Assembly (NCBI GenBank): GCA_947040465.1
Contig: CAMRBO010000001.1
Location: forward strand, 112-64,111
DNA length: 64,000 nucleotides
Source of the DNA: an uncultured Mycoplasma sp.
GTDB lineage: Bacteria; Bacillota_I; Bacilli_A; Mycoplasmatales; Metamycoplasmataceae
Direction: 5' to 3'
The position numbers and the translations under genes are program-made. The notes under the pieces are model-generated. The model was not told the DNA's origin. It ran no database searches and saw only the letters and a list, made by a program, of their open reading frames with translations. Below, piece by piece: positions 42,786 through 52,975 of the stretch; the first letter of the stretch is position 1; every line of letters starts with the position of its first letter.

Positions 42786-43880
42786 TTATTTTCTTCTTTC
42801 TAGCACTATCAGTGATTCAATGTGTTTTGTTTGTGGAAACATATCATAAGATTTATTAAACACTATTCTATAATGTCTCTTAAGTTTGGCGAAATCTGCC
42901 GCTTGAGTTCCTGGGTTACAAGAAAGGTAAATAATTCTCTCTGGTTTGAATTTCAAAATAATTATTTTGATTACTTTGGCACTGATTCCTTCTCTTGGAG
43001 GATCCATAATAAAGGTATTAAAGTGACTATTGTTTTTCTTTAAAAATATCTCAACATCGGCTTTTATAAATCTCACATTAGTTATTTGGTTTTGCACAAT
43101 ATTTTGCACTGCGTTATTATATGAATCTTTATTATCTTCAACAGCAACAACCGATTCAGAAATATCACTAACATAAATGGCAATGGTACCAATTCCGGAA
43201 TATAAATCTAAAGTTTTTCCGTTTTCAATAACATTTTTCTTAATGTCCTTGTATGCCTCTTGTGCCACTTCTTTATTAACTTGATAAAAGGAACCTATCC
43301 CCACATTAAATTTTAAACCGAACATGGAATCAGTGGTCATAAGACCAGACTTTTTATGACCAACAATTAATGTATCTAATTGTCTATAGATAATTTCTCC
43401 TGGTAAATTTTCATCATATTCAATAGATGACAACATATAGTTATCTATTTTTATTTTGTTTTTAGTTTGTTTTTCATAAAAAGAACCATCATGCAGTGTA
43501 ATTTTATTTCTATAATAAAATTCTTTTTCTCCAACAAATATTTCCAAATTTTTCATTTCTGTTTTGGCAATATTTTTAAAATCATTTACAACCCTTTCTT
43601 TTTTAAAAGTTAATTGTTCCTCTTGGTTCATATGAATTAATTCATATCCACCTATTAATTTAGCATCTTGAAAAACTTCTTTTCTTCTATTGTTAGATGG
43701 CTTAATGACATTAACTATTTCTCCTATTGAATATTTTTCTTTTTCCACTATGAGTTTTATTTCTATTTCTTCACCCCTTATTGCTCCAAATATATATATG
43801 GGTTTATTTTCAAAAAAGGCAACACCCTCTCCATTTTGATTGTATTTCTCTATTATGACTATCATTTTGCTTCCTTGCAT
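42786..43880 (-). CDS. TrmA/RlmD-family RNA (uracil-5)-methyltransferase with TRAM domain
   Basis: SFYQVN, DLYSGIG, DPPREG, YLSCNP and DMFPQTKHIE. The start may be the second Met. Confidence 0.9.
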   Translation of the reverse strand: MQGSKMIVIIEKYNQNGEGVAFFENKPIYIFGAIRGEEIEIKLIVEKEKYSIGEIVNVIKPSNNRRKEVFQDAKLIGGYELIHMNQEEQLTFKKERVVNDFKNIAKTEMKNLEIFVGEKEFYYRNKITLHDGSFYEKQTKNKIKIDNYMLSSIEYDENLPGEIIYRQLDTLIVGHKKSGLMTTDSMFGLKFNVGIGSFYQVNKEVAQEAYKDIKKNVIENGKTLDLYSGIGTIAIYVSDISESVVAVEDNKDSYNNAVQNIVQNQITNVRFIKADVEIFLKKNNSHFNTFIMDPPREGISAKVIKIIILKFKPERIIYLSCNPGTQAADFAKLKRHYRIVFNKSYDMFPQTKHIESLIVLERRK

Positions 43881-43939
43881 TAAAAATTTATTGACTATTT
43901 TCTCTTATTATATTTTATAATTAAAGAAAATGTTAAATT

Positions 43940-44013
43940 AAGGGATTAGTATAGTGGTAGTGCCGCGGATTCCAAACCCGCATGTAGGGGTTCGATTCCT
44001 CTATCCCTTGCCA
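43940..44013 (+). tRNA. tRNA-Trp (anticodon CCA)
   Basis: Cloverleaf with acceptor aagggat/atccctt, D arm gtat/gtgc, anticodon loop ttCCAaa, T loop ttcgatt, discriminator G and encoded CCA. Confidence 0.93.
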
Positions 44014-44037
44014 ATTCTCGCACGAGACCAAAGAAAA

Positions 44038-44691
44038 TTAAAACAATAGCACACTTAAAATTTTAAAGATTTTTTTATTATCTTCTGCAGATGTAAATTT
44101 AATATATTGATCCAAAGGTTTTCCTAAAAAATAAAACGATTTCAAAAGACTTATGGGAGTTTTAAATTTACCGTGTTTTTCACACAACATACCGCCTTCA
44201 GAAACGTCAAAAGAAAATAATCTTTGATTTGATGAACAATGAACACAACTGACAAAAGACAACCCTTCTCCTGCACTTTCTAAAATTTGTGCCAATAAAT
44301 ATGATTGAATCCAAAAAAAATCAACACCTTCAAATTCACTTAATAACAAAACATAATTATCATAAACTCCTTGGTGTGAGTTATAAATTTTTTTCATAAT
44401 TTTAATCAATGTTTCAATTTTAGTGGCGTTTTGTTTATTAACATCAGGTAAATCTTGAATAGAGACAGCTTTTTTAAGCAAAAAAGAATTAGGGGTTGAA
44501 TAATTATTAAATATTTCAAATTCTACAATTGAACCCAATAGAACATTGACTCTATTCTTACTCTCAATCTTTCTAACTCCCTTGGCATAGATATAAATTA
44601 ATTCCTCTTTTGTTAAGATGTTTAGCATTTCATCGTTTTCAGAATATAAGTTTTTGGAAATGATTATTCCTTGAATTTTAGTTGTTTCCAT
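44038..44691 (-). CDS. recO: DNA repair protein RecO
   Basis: METTKIQGIII start, YSEND, AKGVRKIESKNR and Zn motif CVHC...GGMLCEKH. The start at 44691 is preferred over the track's 44796. Confidence 0.9.
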   Translation of the reverse strand: METTKIQGIIISKNLYSENDEMLNILTKEELIYIYAKGVRKIESKNRVNVLLGSIVEFEIFNNYSTPNSFLLKKAVSIQDLPDVNKQNATKIETLIKIMKKIYNSHQGVYDNYVLLLSEFEGVDFFWIQSYLLAQILESAGEGLSFVSCVHCSSNQRLFSFDVSEGGMLCEKHGKFKTPISLLKSFYFLGKPLDQYIKFTSAEDNKKIFKILSVLLF

Positions 44692-44725
44692 ATTATTATA
44701 ATTATATTTTATATAATAATAAAAT

Positions 44726-45430
44726 ATGACAAAACTTATTGAGAAAAATTTAGGCAAATCTCCATTAAATATTTTAATTATTTCCAACGAAGACACAAAC
44801 GAAGATGAATTAAATAAGTTTTTTGAAAATTCACAAATTTATTTAAATATTGTCTGAAGTTATTTAAAATTTGATTCTATTGAAAATTGAGATAACATTG
44901 ATGTTCCAGATGTTTTATTCATTGACTTTAAAGAAGGGTATGAAAAAAAATTCAATTGAGAGCTTTACTCTAAGTGTCATGATAAAAATCCTATTTTTTT
45001 ACAAGTGGTTATATTACAAAAATTTGATACTGAAGATTATCAATTTTATAAATTTGGTTCAGATGAAATAATATATAAAGATGATGGTTATAACTATCTA
45101 AAATGAAAAATTATTGCTATGTTAAGAAGGTCTTGAGATTCACATAGTAAAAAAACAACCATAATTTATAAGGGGATGATTTTAGACAACATTAAGAATA
45201 CCTTTTATTTTAACGATTCTAAAATTCATTTAACTAAAAAAGAATTACAACTTATGAATCTCTTGATGTCCAACATTAACGGAGTCAGTAAAAGGAAAAT
45301 ATTTAAAAAATTATGAGATGATGATGGCGAAGATTACACAAGGGTTGTTGATCAAATAATTTTTAAAATTAAAAAGAAAATTGGAAAACAAGTGTTTGAA
45401 ATTAAAAAAAACGGTATAAAAATAATATAA
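44726..45430 (+). CDS. OmpR/PhoB-type response-regulator-like protein (receiver plus winged helix), 234 aa
   Basis: Missed by the track; translated by hand in code 4. NILIISNED, PDVLFID, YKFGSDEIIYK, IAMLRR, LTKKELQLM, LW and RVVDQIIFKIKKKI. Confidence 0.8.
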
Positions 45431-45440
45431 TTGATTTGTT

Positions 45441-45761
45441 ATGAATAAAAAGATATATATTAAAGGAAAAATAAATAAAATAAATAAAAATTTTTTTCAA
45501 GTAATCACTCCTAATAACGAACAAGGAATTGTTTATATTAATGATGTTTCAGATTTTTACATAAATTCTTTATCATCAATCTTCAAAATTGGTGAAGATG
45601 TAGAGTTATTGGTTAAATATTACAAAGATGGAATTTATTTTTGTGATTTCAAATCTGAAAGAGCTGATTATTTAAATTTCCCTTTTGCATATGATATCCA
45701 AGAAACTAAAAGTGGATTTCAAAATTTATTAACATACAACAAAAAAGAGGTTTTAAAATGA
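45441..45761 (+). CDS. S1 RNA-binding domain protein
   Basis: GKINKI...GIVYINDVSDFYI...FKIGEDV, an S1-domain pattern. Confidence 0.78.
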   Translation: MNKKIYIKGKINKINKNFFQVITPNNEQGIVYINDVSDFYINSLSSIFKIGEDVELLVKYYKDGIYFCDFKSERADYLNFPFAYDIQETKSGFQNLLTYNKKEVLK

Positions 45762-47053
45762 AAAAAATTAAATTAAATATAAATAGAGCTGTTAATTTAA
45801 CAAATATAATGAAGTATGAAAAACAAGTAAAAGAAATACATGATGAAATGGAAAAATATGAGTCATTAGGTAATGAATTTTTGGGTTGAAAAGATTTACC
45901 AAACAACATAGACATGCAAGATATCAAAGAAATGGAATTAACTGCTAAAAAATTGCACAATAGTGGAATTGAGGTTTTGGTTGTCGTTGGAATTGGTGGA
46001 TCTTATTTAGGTGTAAAAGCTGGAATGGATTTTATTTTAGGAAATTACCCCACCCCTGAAGAAAGAAAATTGGAAATTATATTCGCGGGTGAATCACTAT
46101 CTTCAACCGATCTTGCACAAAAATTAAAATATGTGGAGAATAAAAAATTTGCTATTAATGTTATTTCAAAATCTGGAACCACGACAGAACCAGCAATCGC
46201 GTTTAGAATGTTTAAAGCTTTATTAGAAGATACAATCGGTAAAAATAATGCAAAAAACTACATTGTTGCCACAACAGATGCTAATAAGGGTTCATTATTT
46301 CAATTAGCTGAAAAAGAAGGATATAAAAAGTTTGTTATTCCTGATAATATTGGGGGGAGATTTTCAATCTTAACTCCAGTTGGTTTATTTCCATTTGCAT
46401 GTTTAGGACTAAACATCAAAAAAATCATTATCGGAGCTAAAATGGCCAATGAAGATTACGGAATTGATTCTCTAGAAGATAATTTAGCTTATCAATATGC
46501 TGTCACAAGATTTATTTTATGAAAAGAAAAAGGTTTTATTTCTGAAATGATTGTTGCTTATGAACCAAATCTTGATTATTTTTTAGAGTGATGAAAACAA
46601 TTATTTGGAGAATCAGAAGGAAAATTAAACAAAGGTCTTTTGCCTCATAGTGCTATTTTTTCAACAGACTTGCACTCTTTAGGCCAATTCATTCAAGAAG
46701 GATCTAAGGTTTTATTTGAAACAGTTATAACAGTTACCAAACCTATCATTGATTTAGAGATTGTTGAAGATATGGAAAACTTAGATAATCTAAACTATTT
46801 AATTGACAAAAGTGTTCACGAAATAAACAACGTAGCATTCCAAGCAACACTAGATGCTCACTCTTCTGTTGGGCAAGTTCCAAATATTCATTTGGAATTA
46901 CCAGAATTAAACGAAGAATCATTCGGGTGAATAGTAATGTTCTTTGAAAGAGCTGTTGCTATGAGTGCTTATTTAATGGAAGTGAATCCGTTTAATCAAC
47001 CTGGAGTTGAAATATATAAAACTAATATGTTTAGAATATTAAAAAAACCTTAA
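45758..47053 (+). CDS. pgi: Glucose-6-phosphate isomerase
   Basis: [30 protein letters not shown] and NPFNQPGVE. Confidence 0.97.
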
Positions 47054-47072
47054 TTTTTTATATATAATATAA

Positions 47073-47155
47073 GAGCCATTGAAATAGCAACCTTGTAACT
47101 TGGTCAGGACAGAAATGTAGCATCCATATCGAGAAGTGTTATGTTTGATGGTTTT
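47073..47155 (+). ncRNA. ffs: Signal recognition particle RNA (small bacterial 4.5S type)
   Basis: Long hairpin closed by gagccatt/gatggttt, with the domain IV motif GTCAGG-aca-GAAA-tgt-AGCA. TATAAT at 47063. Confidence 0.88.
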
Positions 47156-47164
47156 ATTTTACAA

Positions 47165-47295
47165 AATAAAACCCCACAAAGTTTCCCACACTAAATCAAT
47201 ACTTAAAATTTAGTGTTTATAGAGGTTTTTAGGGTTACCCACGCTTTCCACACACATTATTATAAAAAACACTAAAAGAAAGAAAAGAATCTATT
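47165..47295 (+). other. Putative replication origin (degenerate DnaA boxes plus DnaA-trio-like tract)
   Basis: Same-strand boxes tttcccaca 47182, ttacccacg 47235, ctttccaca 47244 and weaker aaccccaca 47170. The last pair is followed by cattattat and an A-rich run directly upstream of dnaN. Confidence 0.55.
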
Positions 47296-48402
47296 ATGAA
47301 AATACAAGCAAACGCTAAAGAAATGATCAAAAATCTTGATGAGATAAATAAATGTGTTAATAGTAGCAATATGTTTTTTTCATTAAGAGGAATCTTGATA
47401 GATGTTTCAGAAGATAGAGCAACACTAGTTGCATCTGACGGAAATTTATCAATGATCAAAACAATTGAACAAAATGAAAACAACTTTAAAATACAAGAAC
47501 CTGGAAGAGTATTAATTCCTTCTTTGTTATTTACAAACATTATTAGAAAATGTAATGGAAATATAGAAGTATTTAATAAAGCCAATATTTTATTCATTAA
47601 TAATGGAACAGATAAATATGAAATAAATCTCTTTGATATTTCTGATTATCCTGCAATTGATTTTACATTGCAAGGCATGAAACTCTCAATTAATGCCAAG
47701 AAACTCCGTGACGCCGCTAAAAACGTTCTTTTTGCAGCATCTTTAAGTGATGTAGATATTATATTTAATGGAGTTAATATAGATTACAGTGAAAATAAAA
47801 TAAAATTAATAGCAACTGATTCATATAGAGTTGCTTACCAAGAGATAGATGTTGAAGATTCTAGGAATTTAAACTTTAACGTTTCTTTATTTGCTAAAAA
47901 TTTAAAAGAGTTTATTCCTGATTTTATTGATGGCGAAGTAGAACTTCATGTTAATGATTATAAAATGAATTTAGTTTATGAAAATACAATCATTCAATCA
48001 AAACTAATTGATGCCCCTTATAAAGATGTTTCTAAAATATTTCCAGAAACATTTTCAAGAGTATTGACAATTGAAAAAAAAGAATTAGTAGATGCAATTA
48101 ATAAAGCTATTGTTATTTCGTCAGATTCATTTCATAGGTTAAGAATTGAAATTAATCAAAGTGAAATTAAGATTATCTCTGTTAAAGAGGAGATTGGTAA
48201 TTCGAGTGTTATTATCAAAACGAAAAATTTTGTTGGTGAAGATTTGGTTGTTACTGTTAATTATAAGTTTTTAAAAGATGCTTTATCTGTTTTTGATGGC
48301 GAAATCCAAATAAAATTCAATGGTGGAATAGATAGATTTGTTATTGTAGGAAATTCAAATCCTAAAAACAAACAATTGATAGCACCACAAAGAAGTTATT
48401 AA
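47296..48402 (+). CDS. dnaN: DNA polymerase III beta clamp
   Basis: LRGILI, ASDG, DYP, FNGVNI, ATDSYRVA and C-terminal LIAPQR. Confidence 0.94.
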   Translation: MKIQANAKEMIKNLDEINKCVNSSNMFFSLRGILIDVSEDRATLVASDGNLSMIKTIEQNENNFKIQEPGRVLIPSLLFTNIIRKCNGNIEVFNKANILFINNGTDKYEINLFDISDYPAIDFTLQGMKLSINAKKLRDAAKNVLFAASLSDVDIIFNGVNIDYSENKIKLIATDSYRVAYQEIDVEDSRNLNFNVSLFAKNLKEFIPDFIDGEVELHVNDYKMNLVYENTIIQSKLIDAPYKDVSKIFPETFSRVLTIEKKELVDAINKAIVISSDSFHRLRIEINQSEIKIISVKEEIGNSSVIIKTKNFVGEDLVVTVNYKFLKDALSVFDGEIQIKFNGGIDRFVIVGNSNPKNKQLIAPQRSY

Positions 48403-48403
48403 T

Positions 48404-48625
48404 ATGAAAGTAGAAATAATTGGAGAGTTTATTAAATTAGGTCAACTTATAAAAAAACTTAATCTAATTGATACAGGTGGACAAGTTAAAGATTTTATTG
48501 AAAATAATGAAATAAAAATAAACAACGAAAAACCAAAGGGCAGAAGCACCAAGGTTTTTGTTGGATCAACAGTTTGAATTGATGAAGAAGTTTATAAAAT
48601 AGCGAGCGCTGAAGAAGAAGAATAA
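48404..48625 (+). CDS. yaaA: S4-domain RNA-binding protein YaaA
   Basis: Hand translation EFIKLGQLIKK...TGGQVKDFI...RSTKV; conserved position after dnaN. Confidence 0.88.
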
Positions 48626-48626
48626 T

Positions 48627-48659
48627 ACAAAAATACACTGAGAGTGTTTTTGTTTTTTT
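48627..48659 (+). terminator. Intrinsic terminator after dnaN-yaaA
   Basis: acact-gag-agtgt hairpin flanked by A and T tracts. Confidence 0.6.
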
Positions 48660-48715
48660 GAAACTAAGATGTTATAATTTAAGTGTATTTTTGTACATTG
48701 TAAAGGATTTTGGAT

Positions 48716-51700
48716 ATGGGTAAGGTTGTAATAGGTTTAGATTTAGGTATAGCATCTGTTGGATACAGTGTTTTATTGGTTGAAAATGGTGTTGTATCTT
48801 TGTTGGAAAGAGGTTCCCATTTATTTCCTATTTTATCAAGCGATAAAACTATAACTTCACCTGGTGGTTATGGTGAAGGTCTAAGGGGGCAACAAAGACG
48901 AGCCAGAAGAACGATACAAAGAAGAAAGCAAAGAAGGATTGATTTTTCTAGATTAATTAATGATTATGAAGTTAATGGTGAAGTTAGAAAGGCTGAATAT
49001 TCTTATATTTTCAATTTTGATGCAGAGGAAGTCAAGAACATTTCGTATCCAATTTACGAATTAGCTGTTGATGGGTTAAAAAGAGAATTGAATCCTAAGG
49101 AGTTGTTCAAAGTTCTTTATTCTAAATTGTCATTTAGAGGAGTTTCTTATAATTTACCTCATGAAGATTTTGAAAAGCCATTAGCTAATGAGTTGTTAGA
49201 TTTTTTAAACAAAAACAAAAAAGTTAGAACACCAAGTGCGAGAATTGATGAAAATAATGATTTGTTAAAATTTTCATTAACTAGAAATTCACTTGATATT
49301 GAAAAAATTATTGACAATTGTTCTTATTTGAGAAACACTAATTTCAAAAAAGATTATCTTGAAATATTTAAAAGAGTAAGAGATTACTCTTTGGGTGCGG
49401 GTTCACAAAATTCAAGAACTGATTTTGGGGTTTATAAAAAAACTAAAAATGAATCTGGGGAGTTAGTTACTTTAAAGAGTGTGTGAGAAGAATCAATAGG
49501 CAAGTGTCCCGTATATGAAAAAGAATATAGATCTTTAAAATGTCAAGCATTACCAGAAATTGCAAATCTTATTTCTCAATTGAATTCCATAAAATATAAG
49601 TTAGATGATCAAATACTTTATTTGACTGAAGATGAAAAGAAGCAAGTGGTTATTGATGTTATGAAAAATTTTAAATCACCCACACCCACAAGAATTTCAT
49701 CAAGTATAACAAAAATTGGGAAAAATATTATGTATGGTTATCCCAAGTCAAAAGATGGAACTAAAGCAAATATAGAAAAATGCGAAAACCTTATCAGGTT
49801 ATTCAAGAACAATGTTTTACTTTTCAAAAATTGAGAACAAACAATTATTGAAATAAAAAATACAGATGAAATATTTTCTGATGTTTTAATTAATTTTTAT
49901 AATAAAGATGAAATAGTTAATGCTAACAAAGATTATAAAAAATCTATCGAACAAGTTAAAAAGGCGGATGTTAATCAAATAATTAATAGTTATGAAAATT
50001 TTTGTTGTCTTAATCCTGTAAAAAATTCAAACAAAACAGATGACAAAATAATTGAATCTCTTGCAAATTTTCAAAAAAATAATATTAGTGGTACACACAC
50101 TTTTTCTTTGTCTGCCATTTTTGATTATATTAATAAAAATATAGATTCTCAAAAAACTTTGTCAACATTTTATCACAAAGAAATTAATGAATTTCAATTG
50201 AAAGAATATAGGTTCAATAAATGAAGTAATTATATTAACAATAGGTTGATGGATAACGTGGAGTTTATATCTCCAAATGTTAAAAACGCCATGAGCGAAA
50301 CGTGTAAAATCTTTAATAACATACTTAAAAAATATATTTATAATGGACCAAAGTATTTGTTAGATGCACTTGTTATAGAAACAACATCTGATTCTAAATA
50401 TGCCCTTAATGGATTGGAAAATAATAAAAAATTAATAAAAAATCAAACAGATAATGAAACGAAAATAAAAAATATAAAAAAACAACATCCTTCCATTAAA
50501 GAATCTACAATTGAAAAATTAATATTGTTAAGTGAGCAAGATGGAATGGACTTATACGATGGTAAACCGATTAATGGAGAATATGTTATTGACCATCCCG
50601 ATAAATTTGAAATAGATCATATTTTACCTATTAGTAGAACTCAAATGAATGACAGAAGCAACAAGGTGCTTACTAAGTCATTTAATAATCAAGAAAAAGG
50701 CAACAAAACACCAATAGAGTGATTGAGTAGTAAATCTAATTTTAAAGATTTGAAAGTAATTTGAAAGACAAAATTAGAAAAAGAATATCCACAAAAATTA
50801 AAGTATATGTTGCTAGAAAATTTGACCACAGATCGTGAAAAATCTTTCATAGCAAGGAATCTTACAGAAACACAATATATTATGAGAAGAATTAAAAATG
50901 GTTTTTTAGCTTGACAATCTTTCATTGCTAAAAATAACACATTACTAAACATCAGACAACAAATAGGTAATATGGAAGTTTTAACTATTAGTGGTAGCGT
51001 AACACAAAGACTTAGGTCAAACAATTATCTCAACTTTGTTAAAGATAGAGATATATCTGCGGAACACCACAATATCGATGCATCAATATGTGCTTTTTTA
51101 GGGACTATCCCAGAGTTTAGAAATACCATTAAATCTTTTGTAAGAAAAATTAATAATGAAACAGGAGAAATCACATGAGCTTCTAACGAATTCAAACCTA
51201 AAGATATTTTTAGTTCTTTTGTTGTGCCTAAAGAAACTTGAACTGATTTTCATGATTTATTAATTAATAGTGGTTGAAAATTAAGTTATAAATATATGAC
51301 CAAATTAGATAAATATAATAATATTGATGACAAAATAAAAGCTTTAAATCCTCAAAAACCACCATTAAATTCAAGTAAAAATTCCAAAGAATGGAAAGAT
51401 TGAAATAATTGAAAAGCGAAAAAAATATCTGGAGAAACTATTTATGGCTGAGTGGATAATCATGGCGATAAGCACAAAAAGAAAAGAATAACTTTATTAA
51501 ATTTAAAACCTAACGATTTTGGTTTTTTAAATGAGCAATTTCAAAAAACACACGAAGAAAGCGTTTGTTTAAATTCAAAAAATTATTTTGTGGCATTGCA
51601 AAAAATTTGGCTAAAATATTATGATTTAGATAAGCAAACAAATCCGTTTATTATATATATGGAAAATAATGGTGATGACGAAGAATTTAAAATAGCCAAA

Positions 51701-52141
51701 CAAATTAATCACGTCAAATTGTTAGATGGAAAATTGAATTCTTCCATAACAAAAATGACCTTTATAGGAAGTAAGGTCACTATCGGATTAGGTTTATCCA
51801 AAATTTCTCAAAATGCTTATATGAGTAACTTAAATACTAAATGCGTGTATATTATAAAAGATAATAGCAACCAAAAAATAAGTTTTTTTAAAAAAGATTG
51901 ATTAAATACTGGGGAAAAATATGAACAAAATAATAATTTAGAAGTTATTAATATTATAGAAATTGGAACAATTTATGAAATTAATAATGAATTATTTAGA
52001 GTAAGCGGTTTTGATATATCTGGTAATAAATTAGAATTATCTCCCATTCACGGCAACAACCCTAAAATTAGAAAGTCTTATAGTTCATTTGAAAAAATAA
52101 AATCAAAAATCAAAAATAAAATCACAGTACTGCCAAATTAG
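48716..52141 (+). CDS. cas9: Type II CRISPR effector Cas9, 1141 aa
   Basis: One code-4 frame. RuvC-I GLDLGIASVG, bridge helix RRARRTIQRRKQR, RuvC-II VIETT, HNH EIDHILP...NKVL...NQEKGNKTP and RuvC-III HHNIDA. SD AAGGA at 48703. Confidence 0.96.
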
Positions 52142-52147
52142 TGGGTT

Positions 52148-52901
52148 TTTTTAGCTTAGTTAAATTTTTGACTTATTAAAAACACTTTGGTCTCTCGGTA
52201 AAACCAGAACATAGTTTTAGCTTAGTTAAATTTTTGACTTATTAAAAACCATTACCTGACCAATATGACTTTTTAGATGTTTTAGCTTAGTTAAATTTTT
52301 GACTTATTAAAAACCTAACTCTCATTTTGTTCTTGTGATTCACGTTTTAGCTTAGTTAAATTTTTGACTTATTAAAAACCTTTATGCTCTATAAGACATA
52401 ATGTTCCAAGTTTTAGCTTAGTTAAATTTTTGACTTATTAAAAACCTAACATATCATTTACATAATAATCTTTAGTTTTAGCTTAGTTAAATTTTTGACT
52501 TATTAAAAACCTACTCGTCCATAGAACATCATGTTTCATGTTTTAGCTTAGTTAAATTTTTGACTTATTAAAAACTATGTATGTTATTGATAAAAGTGCT
52601 ATTGGGTTTTAGCTTAGTTAAATTTTTGACTTATTAAAAACAGATGCATTGCCCATAGTATTGAACAAGAGTTTTAGCTTAGTTAAATTTTTGACTTATT
52701 AAAAACCCGAAGCTCTTCAAATACTCTTTAATTTGGTTTTAGCTTAGTTAAATTTTTGACTTATTAAAAACATTGGGTTATTTATTCTCATTTCCATAAT
52801 GTTTTAGCTTAGTTAAATTTTTGACTTATTAAAAACAATTATATTTTTAAGTTCAGCAGGATAATGTTTTAGCTTAGTTAAATTTTTGACTTATTAAAAA
52901 C
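52148..52901 (-). CRISPR. CRISPR array: 12 x 36-bp repeats and 11 spacers (eight of 29 bp, three of 30 bp)
   Basis: Plus-strand repeat GTTTTAGCTTAGTTAAATTTTTGACTTATTAAAAAC at 52148, 52214, 52279, 52344, 52410, 52475, 52540, 52606, 52671, 52736, 52801 and 52866. The leftmost copy has G>T (trailer end). That and tracr pairing give minus-strand transcription. Confidence 0.98.
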
Positions 52902-52975
52902 CCAAAATAGTAAATGGGATTTTAATTTTTCAAAAAAAATTAAGCAATATAAGTATTTACAAATTAATTATACAT
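52902..52975 (-). promoter_or_regulatory. CRISPR leader (short)
   Basis: AT-rich gap between the csn2-like stop and the first repeat. A minus-strand TATAAT overlaps the stop codon. Confidence 0.55.

Noticed and set aside
44022-44032. Short match of spacer 1 (ctttggtctc) to the reverse complement just after tRNA-Trp, suggesting self-targeting or an att site
   Set aside because: Only about 10 nt match, as expected by chance, and no integrase or duplicated tRNA end is present.
44692-44796. Longer recO start given by the track
   Set aside because: It would overlap the divergent response-regulator gene; RecO similarity begins at Met 44691.
48665-48685. tgttataattt shared between the cas9 promoter and the tracr upstream region, suggesting tracr-L-type autorepression
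   Set aside because: The shared 11-mer is the extended -10 element itself and would lie upstream of the tracr TSS. I found no guide-like match to the cas9 promoter within the predicted transcript.
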